The position numbers were made by a program, and so were the translations under genes. Below the pieces are notes generated by a model. That model made no database searches. It was not told where the DNA came from and was given only the letters and a program-made list of their open reading frames with translations. From a virus (Duplodnaviria; Caudoviricetes), in the IMG/VR virus record IMGVR_UViG_3300034894_000017, positions 1-47,389 of that record: a stretch of 47,389 nucleotides of DNA. One strand, 5' to 3'. Of this stretch, positions 25,785-35,738 are shown piece after piece (the stretch's first letter is position 1; every line of letters begins with the position of its first letter).

Positions 25785-27104
25785 CTACAAAGCCGTGCGG
25801 ACGGTCCCGTAGATGAGCACCTTGTGCACCGCGCCCTGCAGCACGAAGCTGAACTTGACGTCGGGCAAGACGCGCCCGGTGCGATCGTTGGGGTTGATAT
25901 CGGCGACCTTCGGAACGGTCACCGAGTAGGGCGCATCGCCGTCGATCAGCGTCGCGCTGATGCCCTCGAGGATCTGCCCGAGCACTTGGGCGCGCACGAG
26001 CTCGATGCCCTTGTCGGTGTAGGCGACCTTATCGTTGTTGGCGAGCAATGCCACGATGCGCTCGCTCACGCGCGCGTCGAACCAGTCGATTCCGTGCGTG
26101 ATGTCGATGTACCGGCCCGATGCAGCGCGGCCGTCGAGCGTGAAGCCGATCCCCTTCACGTCCACATAGTAGTTGACGTTCTTGCCCCTGAGCACGCCGC
26201 GATCGCTGTCGCTGAGCGGCGACTTGTCCACGCCGGCGAGGCTCTTGTTGGCCCACGTCGCAGAGCCCGGTGCCTTGGGCAGCATGCGCCCTGCCCACGC
26301 GGCCGCAGCGCACTGCGCGGGCTTGCCGTGGAAGAGCGTCACGGTTCGGTTGTAGCCGGCGGTCTGCAGGTCGCTGCCGACGTCGTCGGTGACCGAGCCG
26401 CTCTTGATCTCGGAGTCGCTCGGATTGACGAACAGGATCACGGTCTGGGCCTCGGCCCACGCGGCGGCGGCCGTGATCACCGCGTCGCTGCTGTCATCCA
26501 GGAGCAGCCCATACCAGTCCGCGTCATAGGCGCGGATGGCCGCGAGGTCGGTGGCGATCCCCGGCGTCGAGTCGGGGGTGTTGTCCTTGAAGGTGAGGTT
26601 CGGCGAAAGGTTCTCGAAGCGATGTGACTCGGTCGCCACGTCGCTCACCACAGTGACGGTGGTCGCGCCGGCTGTCGCAGTCACGTTTGGAACATCATTG
26701 ATCTCGATGGCCAGCGAGGCGGTGATCTCGGCGATGGTGGGGGTCTCGCTCGCAGTGACGCTCACGGCCACGCCGTCGACCTCGAGCGAGAACACCTCGC
26801 CGCTGACCGGCGTGCTCGGCGTGAGGGCGACCGTCTGCTGGGTGACGCCCGCGCACTTGCCGACCTTGAACTGCGGCGGGCACGGGTTCTGCGACTTGAG
26901 CGCAAGCGCGGTGCGGTAGATCGGATGGGTGGTCGGCATGCTCAGCGGCGCGAGCGTCATCTCGTCGGCGTCGGAGAACGTCCGCACGAGCTCGGGCCAG
27001 TAGGTATGGTGGCCGGCGATGAGCGGGGTGCCGAAGCCTGCCTGCGAGACAGCGGCATCCTTGATCTCGATGGTTACGGTAACGACTTCCGACACGCTGC
27101 TCAT
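25785..27104 (-). CDS. Tail sheath protein (DUF3383-like)
   Basis: GFGTPLI, DWYG, PGSATWANKSLAGV, YIDITHGIDW, KVAYTDKG, GAVHKV. Confidence 0.9.
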   Translation of the reverse strand: MSSVSEVVTVTIEIKDAAVSQAGFGTPLIAGHHTYWPELVRTFSDADEMTLAPLSMPTTHPIYRTALALKSQNPCPPQFKVGKCAGVTQQTVALTPSTPVSGEVFSLEVDGVAVSVTASETPTIAEITASLAIEINDVPNVTATAGATTVTVVSDVATESHRFENLSPNLTFKDNTPDSTPGIATDLAAIRAYDADWYGLLLDDSSDAVITAAAAWAEAQTVILFVNPSDSEIKSGSVTDDVGSDLQTAGYNRTVTLFHGKPAQCAAAAWAGRMLPKAPGSATWANKSLAGVDKSPLSDSDRGVLRGKNVNYYVDVKGIGFTLDGRAASGRYIDITHGIDWFDARVSERIVALLANNDKVAYTDKGIELVRAQVLGQILEGISATLIDGDAPYSVTVPKVADINPNDRTGRVLPDVKFSFVLQGAVHKVLIYGTVRTAL

Positions 27105-27116
27105 GACGTGCGCCTC

Positions 27117-27680
27117 CTAGGGAATGGCATGGTCGGTGATGATGATGGGGTCGGCGTCGGCGGGGTCGCGCTGCACGGTGCCGCCCACCACTGCGCGCTC
27201 GATCGTCCCGACGGGCGCGTCAGTCTGCGCGCTCACCCAGTTGAACGCGACGTCGAGCGCCGCTACCGACTCTTCGCGCTGATCATGCGTGCGGCCGAGG
27301 TCGACGAGCGCAAGGCTCTCGCGCAGCCCCACGCCGAGACTGCGGAACGTCGCTTGCGATGACGGGAAGTACAGCCGCCCTCGCACCTGCTCGAGCAGCG
27401 CATATGCGCGGTAGGCTGGGCGCTGGTCACGCGAGACGATCTTGCAGCTGAGCGTCAGGCGGCGGTTGCCCACCACCTCGATCGCAAGGTCCTGGCCCAG
27501 AGCGGTGGCGCGCACCTCGTCGGTGCCGGGCTCGGCCGATTGCCCGAGCAGCGCGAGCTCGGCCCAGGGGTAGCTGCGCATACCCACGGGGTCGCCTTGC
27601 CACGCGATCTCAGTGAGCGCGACGCCGCTGACGTCTGCGAACCATTGCCGAAGGCCGTCGTGTAAGAGCTGCCAATCCAT
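27117..27680 (-). CDS. Neck/tail terminator protein
   Basis: Position before sheath; size and composition. Confidence 0.7.
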   Translation of the reverse strand: MDWQLLHDGLRQWFADVSGVALTEIAWQGDPVGMRSYPWAELALLGQSAEPGTDEVRATALGQDLAIEVVGNRRLTLSCKIVSRDQRPAYRAYALLEQVRGRLYFPSSQATFRSLGVGLRESLALVDLGRTHDQREESVAALDVAFNWVSAQTDAPVGTIERAVVGGTVQRDPADADPIIITDHAIP

Positions 27681-28189
27681 CAGCCGCCCTCGACGCGATG
27701 GGTGATCGAACCGCGCAGCTGCCCGGTATCGACGAGCGGTGTGCTCGACTTCTTGCGCGCGATGGTCGAGTCCGCATTGGGCGGCGGGATCCCATCGGCG
27801 ATCCGCTGCTGGATGAGCCCCACGCCCTGCTGGCCGAGCAGCTCGAGCGCCTGGCGCGTCTGGAACTTGCCGATCAGCACGCCCTGCCCCAGCGCCGACG
27901 CGGTGCGCTGCAGCTTGGGGGCGTGCTCGTCGATGGTGGCGCGGATGAAGCTGCGCTGTGGAATCACGATCTCCTTGCCGCGGGACGTCCGGATCACAGC
28001 GCCGAACTCGTGCACCACCGCAAGATCGGCCACGGTCATGGGCGCGGCTTCGCGATGCGCGGCCGCGGCTTGCTGCCCCTGCACGCCCACGAGAGTGAAC
28101 GCGCCGGGCGCCGATAGCTTGAGCACGCGGTCTTTGAGGGCGTCCCAGCCCGCGTCCCTGTCGGTAACTTTGAGGGTCGCGCCGCTCAT
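27680..28189 (-). CDS. Neck/tail completion protein
   Basis: AVVHEFG...IPQRSFIR...PPNADSTIARKKSSTPLVDTGQLRGSIT. Confidence 0.82.
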   Translation of the reverse strand: MSGATLKVTDRDAGWDALKDRVLKLSAPGAFTLVGVQGQQAAAAHREAAPMTVADLAVVHEFGAVIRTSRGKEIVIPQRSFIRATIDEHAPKLQRTASALGQGVLIGKFQTRQALELLGQQGVGLIQQRIADGIPPPNADSTIARKKSSTPLVDTGQLRGSITHRVEGG

Positions 28190-28479
28190 CACACGACCAT
28201 GGCTCCGACGACGGACTGCTGCAGTTCGTTGTAGCGGCGCTCGTATAGCGTGGTCGCGCCGTCGGGCTCTTTGTTCGGATCGAGGCGCGCGAACTCGCCG
28301 CCGGGCGAGCACGCGATCAGATGACAGGCTTGGTACTTCACCGCTTGGTCGTAGCTGGCTCCCCACCCGCTTGGGTAGAGTTGCCCAGACGCGTCGGAGA
28401 TCTTGGCGGAGATGATCACGTCGCTCGTGTTCGCGAACTCCGGGAACTCTGTCTTGATCTGTTCGACGGTCACGGCCAC
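28189..28479 (-). CDS. Head-tail adaptor (DUF4054-like)
   Basis: FPEF...ACHLI...TLYERRY. Confidence 0.8.
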   Translation of the reverse strand: MAVTVEQIKTEFPEFANTSDVIISAKISDASGQLYPSGWGASYDQAVKYQACHLIACSPGGEFARLDPNKEPDGATTLYERRYNELQQSVVGAMVV

Positions 28480-28485
28480 CTTCGT

Positions 28486-28815
28486 TTACTCCCTGTCGCC
28501 CCGACGGCCGAAGTGCCGGCTCGACGTGGCTTCTGCTGGGCTCGGCACGGGGGGCGTCGGCGGCGGCTGCGTCGGCGATGGCGCTTCGGTTGCGGTGCCG
28601 CCCTCGACCTCGATCTCCTTGCGCTCGATCCACCGCTTCACGACCGCGCTGCCGAGCGCGGCTTGAAACCGCTTGTGCTCCTCGTCGCTGTCGAATGTCA
28701 CAGCGAGGCCGGGAGTGCCTTCCGCAGTGGGCGGAACGGTGATGACCTGTCCGTTGCCGAACAGCAGCTGCTTCACGTGCGCGGTCTTGTTTTTGATGGT
28801 GACTTGGTTCGCCAT
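28486..28815 (-). CDS. Hypothetical protein downstream of the capsid gene
   Basis: MANQVTIKNKT...; typical position. Confidence 0.7.
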   Translation of the reverse strand: MANQVTIKNKTAHVKQLLFGNGQVITVPPTAEGTPGLAVTFDSDEEHKRFQAALGSAVVKRWIERKEIEVEGGTATEAPSPTQPPPTPPVPSPAEATSSRHFGRRGDRE

Positions 28816-28817
28816 GA

Positions 28818-29894
28818 TCAGATTCCATCCATGTAGACGGCGCCGAGCGGGTACTCGAACGCCACGCCGCCGATGCGCCCCACCGAGTTGACCTCGAACG
28901 ATAGGTTCTTGCTCTGCGGCGGGAGCTCCTGTTGCTCTTGCGGGATCTCGAGGTGCACCACCGACGGATTGCGCGGGTACATGACCGCGCGCGGGTTGCC
29001 GCCGTCGGCGGTGGCGGCGAAGTGCCACCAGTCCACGTTGCGCACGGTCTCGGACTGCTCGAGAAATACCTTGAGGATCGTGTCTCCGGGGTCCGCGGGC
29101 GCAGTAGTGTAGAGCGGCGTCCGAGTGATGTAGCGGTATTGCGCGAGCGGCAGCACCAGCGTGTCGGCGCTGAGCACGCCCTTGGTGGTGCTGATGATCG
29201 CGTCCTCCATCGCGAGCAGGTCGGCGAGGACTTCGGGCGCCTTCTTGTCGGCACCGCCCCAGGCCGTCGAGCTGCCCGTGGCCGGCGGGGCTGCGTTGAT
29301 CTGCGGCACGTTGGCGTTGTTGAGCAAGCCCGTGAGGCCGGTCTCTTTGATGCCGATGGCTGCGATCTCTTCGATCTTCTGCTCGAAGCCCGTGCGCACT
29401 GCGTCGGCCTTGCGGGCGCGCAGCGGGACACCTGCGCGAGCGGTGCGGAGCAGGTCCAGCCAGCTCCATTCATAACCGAGTGCGATGGTCTCGATCGTGT
29501 GAGTGTACTTCTTGGCGAACGTGGCGACCTTGGGGATGTCGTCGGCGTAGTTCGCTATGACCTTGGCCATGCCCGCGCGATCCCAGACCGAGTACGCCCA
29601 GGATTCAGCGCCTGGATCGATCTCCGATGTGACGGGCACCAGGCGGCGTGCCTTGAACTCGGGGCGCTGCACGTCGACTGACCGCGCGCGCATCTGCTCG
29701 AGTTGGTGCTCGAGGATCATGGTCTCGTTGGCGTCGAGACGATCGGCGCCGTAGAGCTCGGCGCGGTGCACGATCATCGCTGTGTAGATGCGATCGAGTT
29801 CGGTCGCGTCGAGGCGCTCGCTCGAGAGCCGGCTGAGTTCGCCCGCGATCTGGTCTCGGTTGTAGGGCGACAGTGTTTGACGTTGCACGAGCAT
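28818..29894 (-). CDS. Major capsid protein (DUF2184-like, HK97 fold)
   Basis: GMAKVIANYADDIP, GYEWSWLDL, GLTGLLNNANV, GGVAFEYP..YMDGI; AAGGAG RBS. Confidence 0.93.
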   Translation of the reverse strand: MLVQRQTLSPYNRDQIAGELSRLSSERLDATELDRIYTAMIVHRAELYGADRLDANETMILEHQLEQMRARSVDVQRPEFKARRLVPVTSEIDPGAESWAYSVWDRAGMAKVIANYADDIPKVATFAKKYTHTIETIALGYEWSWLDLLRTARAGVPLRARKADAVRTGFEQKIEEIAAIGIKETGLTGLLNNANVPQINAAPPATGSSTAWGGADKKAPEVLADLLAMEDAIISTTKGVLSADTLVLPLAQYRYITRTPLYTTAPADPGDTILKVFLEQSETVRNVDWWHFAATADGGNPRAVMYPRNPSVVHLEIPQEQQELPPQSKNLSFEVNSVGRIGGVAFEYPLGAVYMDGI

Positions 29895-29920
29895 GGTGGT
29901 GGTGGTCTCCTTCGCGCGTC

Positions 29921-30406
29921 TTAGAACAGGTCGATCTCGACCAGCACGAGAGTGCCCGCGGTCGCATCGGTGAGAAAGATGGCGTGCGTCAGCTCCGCCG
30001 CTGAGGCGGTATCCGCGTCGGCCCGGAAACTGCCGAGTTCAGTCCCGCCGGCGCCGGCGGCGAAGCGCACGAACGGGTGCGTCCAGCGCGCGACCGCGGA
30101 CTCAGCCAGCACCCAGACCCGGCCGCGCCGGATCACTCCGATGGGCCGCAGTGCCGGGAAGTCTTCGCCGCCCTCGCGGGTGGGATCCAGGAACGTGATG
30201 CCCATCGCTCCGGGCTTGGTGATGTCGCCCGCAGCGGCCGGCAACGTCGCTGCGTTGCGGACCTTGCCGGCGGTCTTGTCTGCGGTGAGCAACTTGCCGA
30301 CCTTGACCGCGACCTGTGGAATCACGGTGTCGGTGTATTTGGTGAAGTCCTCGGTGACTAACCCGAGAACCGCCACCGGCTGCGCGTAGTCGTATGAGGT
30401 TTGCAT
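29921..30406 (-). CDS. Capsid decoration/cement protein
   Basis: IGVIRRGRVWV; between DUF2213-like gene and capsid. Confidence 0.8.
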   Translation of the reverse strand: MQTSYDYAQPVAVLGLVTEDFTKYTDTVIPQVAVKVGKLLTADKTAGKVRNAATLPAAAGDITKPGAMGITFLDPTREGGEDFPALRPIGVIRRGRVWVLAESAVARWTHPFVRFAAGAGGTELGSFRADADTASAAELTHAIFLTDATAGTLVLVEIDLF

Positions 30407-31581
30407 CAGGGCCGGTCCTTGCTCGTGGCGAGCGGCTTTTGCCAGTCGGGGACGAAGGCGTCTTGCCGAGCAGCGGGGGTGGACTGCGTGCCGTTCGAGG
30501 TGGTGGCCGCGCGCGAGCGATCGAGCGCATCGTTGCGCCCGGTGCTCGCGTGCGCTGGGGCGGACTCGATCGCGTGATCGAACCGCGCGCTCACGTACTC
30601 GTCGCTCTTGCCATTGAGATCGAGCTTGGCATCGAGCTTGGTGAGCACCGCCTCGTGGATCTGGCGGGGCGTCTGCCCGTCGAACTTGTGCTCGGCGGGC
30701 AGCACCTTGCGCGCTTGCTCGACCAGCGTGGCGCGCGCGGTCACAGCTTGGTCGATGCGCTTGGGATCGTCGGCCGCGGCGAGCTTTTCCTTGAGGTCCT
30801 TGACCTCCTTCTCGGCCGCATCCGCTCGACCCTGCGCGGTGTCGCGCTCCTTGGTGCGCTCAGTGAGCGCATCGTCGCGCTGCTTGAGCCCTTTCTCGAT
30901 GACCTGGGCCCACTGCTTGGGCACCTGGACGTCGAGCCCGTCCACTCGAATCGTTACCTGATCGGTCATCTCCGCGTCACCTCCCGGCGGGTTGCTGGGC
31001 CCGTCGTCCCGCCGCTCAGGCGGCGCACCAAGGGCGGACGCGGTCATCGCGTCGCCAGAGTCCAGGCGCAGCGCCACTTCGCTACCCGCGCGTCCCCAGT
31101 TGCGCGGCCCGAGTGCGGCGTGGTTGTACACGATGTCGCGCTGCACCGCGTCGTAGTGCTCGCCGTCCCACACGCCCGGTGTCGCGTCGATGGCGCACGC
31201 ATAGCCGCAGCTGATCTCGCGGCGATCGCCACGCTCGACCAGGGCGATCATCTGCTCGTCCTCGATCGTGACTGTCGCTGCGACGCGATGGCCGTCCTGC
31301 CGCACTGCCTCGCCGACGTGCCCGACCCGCAGCGTGCGGACGTTCTTCGGGCTCACCATCTCCTTAGGGTGCAGATCGGTGAGAGGCGCAGCCGATAGGG
31401 ACTCGAGCGAGTCGGGCCGAAACACTTCGTCGGGGTGCCGCAGCTCACGGACGGTGGTCCCGTCGGCGCGCTTGTACTCGAGTACGCCAGCCCGGGTCAG
31501 GAATGCGGGCACCCGGAGAAACCCTTGCGGGGTCCGCACGGGCTTACCGATCTCAGCTACGTCGTACCGATGGACGCGCAC
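30406..31581 (-). CDS. DUF2213-like prohead protease/scaffold
   Basis: TPQGFLRV...TRAGVLEY...RHPDEVF...EISCGY...DAVQRDIVYNHAAL...GRAG; coiled-coil C-terminus. Confidence 0.92.
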   Translation of the reverse strand: MRVHRYDVAEIGKPVRTPQGFLRVPAFLTRAGVLEYKRADGTTVRELRHPDEVFRPDSLESLSAAPLTDLHPKEMVSPKNVRTLRVGHVGEAVRQDGHRVAATVTIEDEQMIALVERGDRREISCGYACAIDATPGVWDGEHYDAVQRDIVYNHAALGPRNWGRAGSEVALRLDSGDAMTASALGAPPERRDDGPSNPPGGDAEMTDQVTIRVDGLDVQVPKQWAQVIEKGLKQRDDALTERTKERDTAQGRADAAEKEVKDLKEKLAAADDPKRIDQAVTARATLVEQARKVLPAEHKFDGQTPRQIHEAVLTKLDAKLDLNGKSDEYVSARFDHAIESAPAHASTGRNDALDRSRAATTSNGTQSTPAARQDAFVPDWQKPLATSKDRP

Positions 31582-31616
31582 GAGCCGCTGGTATGCGCGG
31601 CTTTTCGGGGTGTCAA
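31582..31616 (-). promoter_or_regulatory. Candidate late promoter, copy 2
   Basis: TTGACA (31616-31611), 17 bp ending CGCA, TACCAG (31593-31588), 6 nt, then GTG 31581. Confidence 0.72.
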
Positions 31617-31636
31617 GCGTCGTGCGCAGCCTACCC

Positions 31637-32629
31637 TCACCCCGAGCTCGTCACCGCGCGGCGCTTCCTCCGGCGCGCGGGCGCAGGGGGCGGCACCAGC
31701 GACGGCCGGCGCGGCGGCATGCTGGGTGGGGGCGGGGGGTCGGTCGTACTAGTGAGCAGCCCGGCCTCGCGGAGCACAGCATCGACGTCCGGGATCGCTT
31801 GGCACCGGCAGTTGATCGGCTGGCCAGGGTGCGCACGCTCGCCGTCGACGGTGGGTGGCGCGTCCCAGCGCTGCGTAGTCCCCTCGAGCGCTCGGTGGCT
31901 CTTTCGCACGCGCTCGTCCTTGACCGTCGACCAGGTGTACTGCTCGATCCCGACCTGCTGCTGGCGGATGCGGGTGAGCTCGGCGTTGAGAGATGTCACC
32001 TGATCGCGGGCGATGAGCGCAGCGCGGCGCTTGGTGGCGCCGAACTTCTCGACGATCTCGTCGGCGATATCCTCGTACCGAAGCCCGGCCCGCGCGCCAC
32101 GCAGGACGATGCCCTTGAGGTCGTCGAGTTCGCCGGTCAGGAGCGACTTCACCAGGCGCACGTTGTCCTCGACGAACGCCTCGACGTGCTCGGCAAGGAC
32201 AGTCGGGTCGGCGTGCACGTCGATGCTGGCGACCGTGCGAACCTGCCGGTTGAGCTCCTTGCGGCTGTGCTCGGCAACGCGCAGGGCATTCTGCTCGGCC
32301 AGCAGCGCAATCCTGCGCACGGGAATCACGCGCTCGAGGTCCTTGCGAATGCGCTCGATCTCGGCGGCGGTGCGGCTGCCGGTGGCGTCGATGCGCAGCT
32401 CTATGGCGTCAGGCCGCAGCGCGTTGTGCGCTTCGATGATGGGGCGCAACGCCGGCAGCAGGTCCTGCCGCACGCGGGCGTGCATCGCGTCGACCATCTG
32501 CAAGATGCCGTGCAAGTACGCGACGCGCGGCGCTGACGGCTGTCGTGCCTGGGGCACCGGGCGCTTGCGTCGTTTGGCTGGGCGGCCCATCAGGGCCAGT
32601 TGCAGCCACCCGCGCTCGACCGCGCGCAT
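31637..32629 (-). CDS. Minor head protein (Mu gpF / SPP1 gp7 family)
   Basis: RAALIARDQ...YTWSTVKDERVRKSH...HPGQPINCRC. Confidence 0.92.
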   Translation of the reverse strand: MRAVERGWLQLALMGRPAKRRKRPVPQARQPSAPRVAYLHGILQMVDAMHARVRQDLLPALRPIIEAHNALRPDAIELRIDATGSRTAAEIERIRKDLERVIPVRRIALLAEQNALRVAEHSRKELNRQVRTVASIDVHADPTVLAEHVEAFVEDNVRLVKSLLTGELDDLKGIVLRGARAGLRYEDIADEIVEKFGATKRRAALIARDQVTSLNAELTRIRQQQVGIEQYTWSTVKDERVRKSHRALEGTTQRWDAPPTVDGERAHPGQPINCRCQAIPDVDAVLREAGLLTSTTDPPPPPSMPPRRPSLVPPPAPARRRKRRAVTSSG

Positions 32630-34305
32630 TACTTTTCCGCCGGCGGCGCGGGCTCAGTCGCTGGCGCGGCAGACGTGGGCGGCAGGGCTGGCGGCGGCGG
32701 CAGCGCGGATTTGGCCGCTGGAGTGAAGCCTGCGCCCGTCTCGCCCATGAGCTTCTCGGCCTCGGCGGCGGACATCTGAAACGCCAGCATGAGCATCTGG
32801 ACACCCGTCGATCGCGGGATCTGGTTCGATGCGACCGCGGTGACGATCTCCAGCATCGACGTGACCTGCGCGCCGTTGAGCGCCGTGTCCTGCACCTTGG
32901 GGTCGGCGGGATCGGCGGCGGCAGGTTCGTCAGCAACCGGGGCGGCCCCTGTATCTGGGTCGATGCCCTCAGGGTCGGCCGCGAGCTCGGCCTCGACCTC
33001 GAGCGCTTGCTGGCGCGCCTCGACGTCGATCGTTGAGAAGTCGCCCGATTGCGCCAGGTCGAGCGCGCCCTCCTCGGGTAGCATCACCTGCGCATCGACC
33101 AGGGTGGCGATGGTGTCGCCGTTGATCTTGCGCGTCTCGGCCCGCTCCTTGCCGGTGGGCTGCCAGAGCGAGTTGAACGCGAGCTTCCAGTTCTCGGGCT
33201 CTTGACCATGCGTCGGCCCGCTCTTGGCGAGCATGAAGACCCGTACCACGCGCTCGAGCCGCGGCCGCAGCACGTCGTTCTGCGCGTCCTCGACCACGTC
33301 GTACCAGCCGCGCGTGTCGCTCTCGCCGGTGGCGTTCAAGCCGGCAGCCGAACGCCCGTAGAGCAGCGCGACCGGCATCTCGGCTGCCGCAGCGTCGCGC
33401 ATCATGAAGCGGTCGAGCATCTCGGGCAGCCCGCTAAAGCTCGTAGCGACGCGGGTGAACTCCTCGCGCTCTGCGTCGACGAGGATCGCGCGGCACACCG
33501 AGCGCGCCATGTCCATGATCTCCATGCGCGCCCGCAGCCGTGCCTCGCCGCCGGTCGCAATGATCTCAGACAGGTGGTCGATCTTCAGCACGGCCTGGCT
33601 TGCGTCGGTCAAGAGATGCGCGGCTGACTGCCAGCTGCTCGCGCTTTGCCGGAGGCAATCGTGCGGGCGCTGCAGCACCGAGTTGTCCCAGTCGCCGGCG
33701 CTCTGCTCGCTGCGCGCTGTGAGGGCGCCTGGAAAGAAGACCAACCGCGACTCGTGGATGAGGACCTCCGCCGCCGCGTCTCTGCGGACATCAGCGCGGC
33801 GCACGGCGTACAGTTCTGGCTGCCCGAACTTCGGGCCGTGGATGTCGCTGTACCGCTTGCGCACTTCTAACTGCGGCCGCCTCAGCACGTTGAGAAACCG
33901 CACCTCTACGATCTTGTCCTCGGCCAACGGCTCAGCGGGCAGCAGACCATCGTCGGCGCCGATGTACACCGCGCCCGCCCCGTACAGCCGCGCCCAGATC
34001 CATGCCTCGCGCAGCTTGGGCAGCACGGCCAGGTCCTCGAGCTGCGCGTAAAGCGCGCGCATCGCGGCGGCGCTCTCATCGTCGCTGTCGCCCTCGAACT
34101 CCAGCGTGAAGCCCCGGCGGGTGGCGTCGCGCGGCAGCTTGTCGACGATCTTGGCGGCGATGTCGTCGGTGTCGTAGAGGGCCTCAAGCGCGCCGTCGGT
34201 GAGGCGCACGCCGGGCAGGATCTGATGGTAGCTGAGCTTGTCGCGCAGGCCCCCAAGGCCCGTCAGCGCGTTGATCCAGCTGTCCAGGCGCCCCACCACC
34301 TTCAT
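32629..34305 (-). CDS. Portal protein (DUF1073-like)
   Basis: DSWINALTGLG, WARLYG, IHESRL, GRSAAGLNATGESD..WYD. Confidence 0.92.
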   Translation of the reverse strand: MKVVGRLDSWINALTGLGGLRDKLSYHQILPGVRLTDGALEALYDTDDIAAKIVDKLPRDATRRGFTLEFEGDSDDESAAAMRALYAQLEDLAVLPKLREAWIWARLYGAGAVYIGADDGLLPAEPLAEDKIVEVRFLNVLRRPQLEVRKRYSDIHGPKFGQPELYAVRRADVRRDAAAEVLIHESRLVFFPGALTARSEQSAGDWDNSVLQRPHDCLRQSASSWQSAAHLLTDASQAVLKIDHLSEIIATGGEARLRARMEIMDMARSVCRAILVDAEREEFTRVATSFSGLPEMLDRFMMRDAAAAEMPVALLYGRSAAGLNATGESDTRGWYDVVEDAQNDVLRPRLERVVRVFMLAKSGPTHGQEPENWKLAFNSLWQPTGKERAETRKINGDTIATLVDAQVMLPEEGALDLAQSGDFSTIDVEARQQALEVEAELAADPEGIDPDTGAAPVADEPAAADPADPKVQDTALNGAQVTSMLEIVTAVASNQIPRSTGVQMLMLAFQMSAAEAEKLMGETGAGFTPAAKSALPPPPALPPTSAAPATEPAPPAEK

Positions 34306-35738
34306 GACAGCAGCTCCGCCTGCAGCGCATCCATGGCGCTCTGGTATGCGAGGACGGCCGGCTTGTGAAGGGCCAGGAACGCTCGGGAGCACGCATCCAC
34401 AATGTCGTCGTGCGCTCCGTCCGGGAACCCCTCGAGCTCGGCGAAGAACGCCTCGTTCGACGCGCCAACCAGCACGTCGACGTTGCCGGCCTCGACCTGG
34501 GTTGAGAACGGCCCGGCGTAGCTGACTTTGTCCTCGCGGGCGACAACCGACTCGACCCAGTAGCCAGCCAGGATGCTCTTGATGTGCGCGACGTCCACCA
34601 CGCCCGCCCCGCCCGGATCCTGCCAGATGCAGATCTTGACGCTACTGCCGTCCTGCCTGGCGATGTTCTGCATCGCGCGGTCGACCTGGTGCGGCGAGCC
34701 GCGCAGCGACTCGACGTGCAGCACGACAAAGCGCCCAGCGCGCGTGACGCCCATCTTCACCCCGCGTGTCCAGTCAGGATCCGGCGAGGTGGGGGTCACC
34801 TGAGAAGCCGCCTTGTCCCACGCGCGGACCACGGCCACGAAATCGGTGGGCGCGGCCTGGATGACCCGGAACCAGCTGCGCTGAAAATACAGGCCCGCCG
34901 CCGGTCGAATGAGCCAGTTGCCGCCTCGCCCGCTGCCGAGCAGCCGCTCGCGCTCAACACGCGGCAGGGCCATCAGGCGAGCTGGATAGCCGGGATCCTT
35001 GGCCAGCAGGATCTTGTTGTCCGCGAGCAGTCCCAGGATGAACGCGAAGCTGGTCGGCCGATCGCGCATCTGCGGATGCCGCGCGCGCAGCTCTTCCTCG
35101 CTGTCGCCCCAGGCAAGCTCATCGTCGATGCGGTAGAAGTAGCGCAGGACCCCCGAGCGCTCGGGGCGGATGAACTCGCCGCGGTCGTCGAGATACCACG
35201 CGATCAGCTTCTTGACCCAGCTGTCCGCGGTGGGGTTCATGGTCGCGCGGATATAGGCACGGACGCGCGTAGTGCTGCGACTGCGGCTGTACATGTACCA
35301 GAACTGCGACTCGAGGAAGTGCGGCAGCTCATCAAAGCCGATGAGTCCATAGCCCTTGCCCTGGTGCTTGAGCTTGTCGGCGTCGTACTGCAGGTGATCG
35401 AGCCGCACGCTGGCGCCGCTCGGAAAGACTGCCTTCAGCGGGTTCTGCGTCAGCCGGGCGCCGAGCAGCGGATACCAGTCGCTCATGAGGTCCCAGAGCG
35501 AGCCGGGGCCCTCGAGCTGTGGCGAGGTGCGGCGGAAGATGATGGCACCAAACCCCGGCACGTCGTGATTGCGCAGGGCCTCGAGCACGAGCCCGCCTGT
35601 CTTCCCGCTGCCGGCTTCGCCGCCGTAGAAGACGATGTCCGCCCGCGAGGCAAGGAACGCCTCCTGCGAGCCGTCCTGCGGCCGAATCTCGACCGGCGTC
35701 TCGGCCGGCGCGGGCTTATTGACCTGGGCGGCGTCCAT
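34302..35738 (-). CDS. terL: Terminase large subunit
   Basis: YGGEAGSGKT Walker A, IGFDEL Walker B, ATMNP, RAWDKA, FPDGAHDDIVDA nuclease motif. Confidence 0.96.
   Translation of the reverse strand: MDAAQVNKPAPAETPVEIRPQDGSQEAFLASRADIVFYGGEAGSGKTGGLVLEALRNHDVPGFGAIIFRRTSPQLEGPGSLWDLMSDWYPLLGARLTQNPLKAVFPSGASVRLDHLQYDADKLKHQGKGYGLIGFDELPHFLESQFWYMYSRSRSTTRVRAYIRATMNPTADSWVKKLIAWYLDDRGEFIRPERSGVLRYFYRIDDELAWGDSEEELRARHPQMRDRPTSFAFILGLLADNKILLAKDPGYPARLMALPRVERERLLGSGRGGNWLIRPAAGLYFQRSWFRVIQAAPTDFVAVVRAWDKAASQVTPTSPDPDWTRGVKMGVTRAGRFVVLHVESLRGSPHQVDRAMQNIARQDGSSVKICIWQDPGGAGVVDVAHIKSILAGYWVESVVAREDKVSYAGPFSTQVEAGNVDVLVGASNEAFFAELEGFPDGAHDDIVDACSRAFLALHKPAVLAYQSAMDALQAELLS
34335..34369 (-). promoter_or_regulatory. 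Candidate late promoter, copy 1 (inside terL 3' end, upstream of portal)
   Basis: TTCACA (34369-34364), 17 bp ending CGCA, TACCAG (34346-34341). Confidence 0.55.

Noticed and set aside
32629-34305. Anti-CBASS Acb1 fusion on the DUF1073-like protein
   Set aside because: No paired HxT/S 2H-phosphoesterase motifs; position and motifs fit a plain portal
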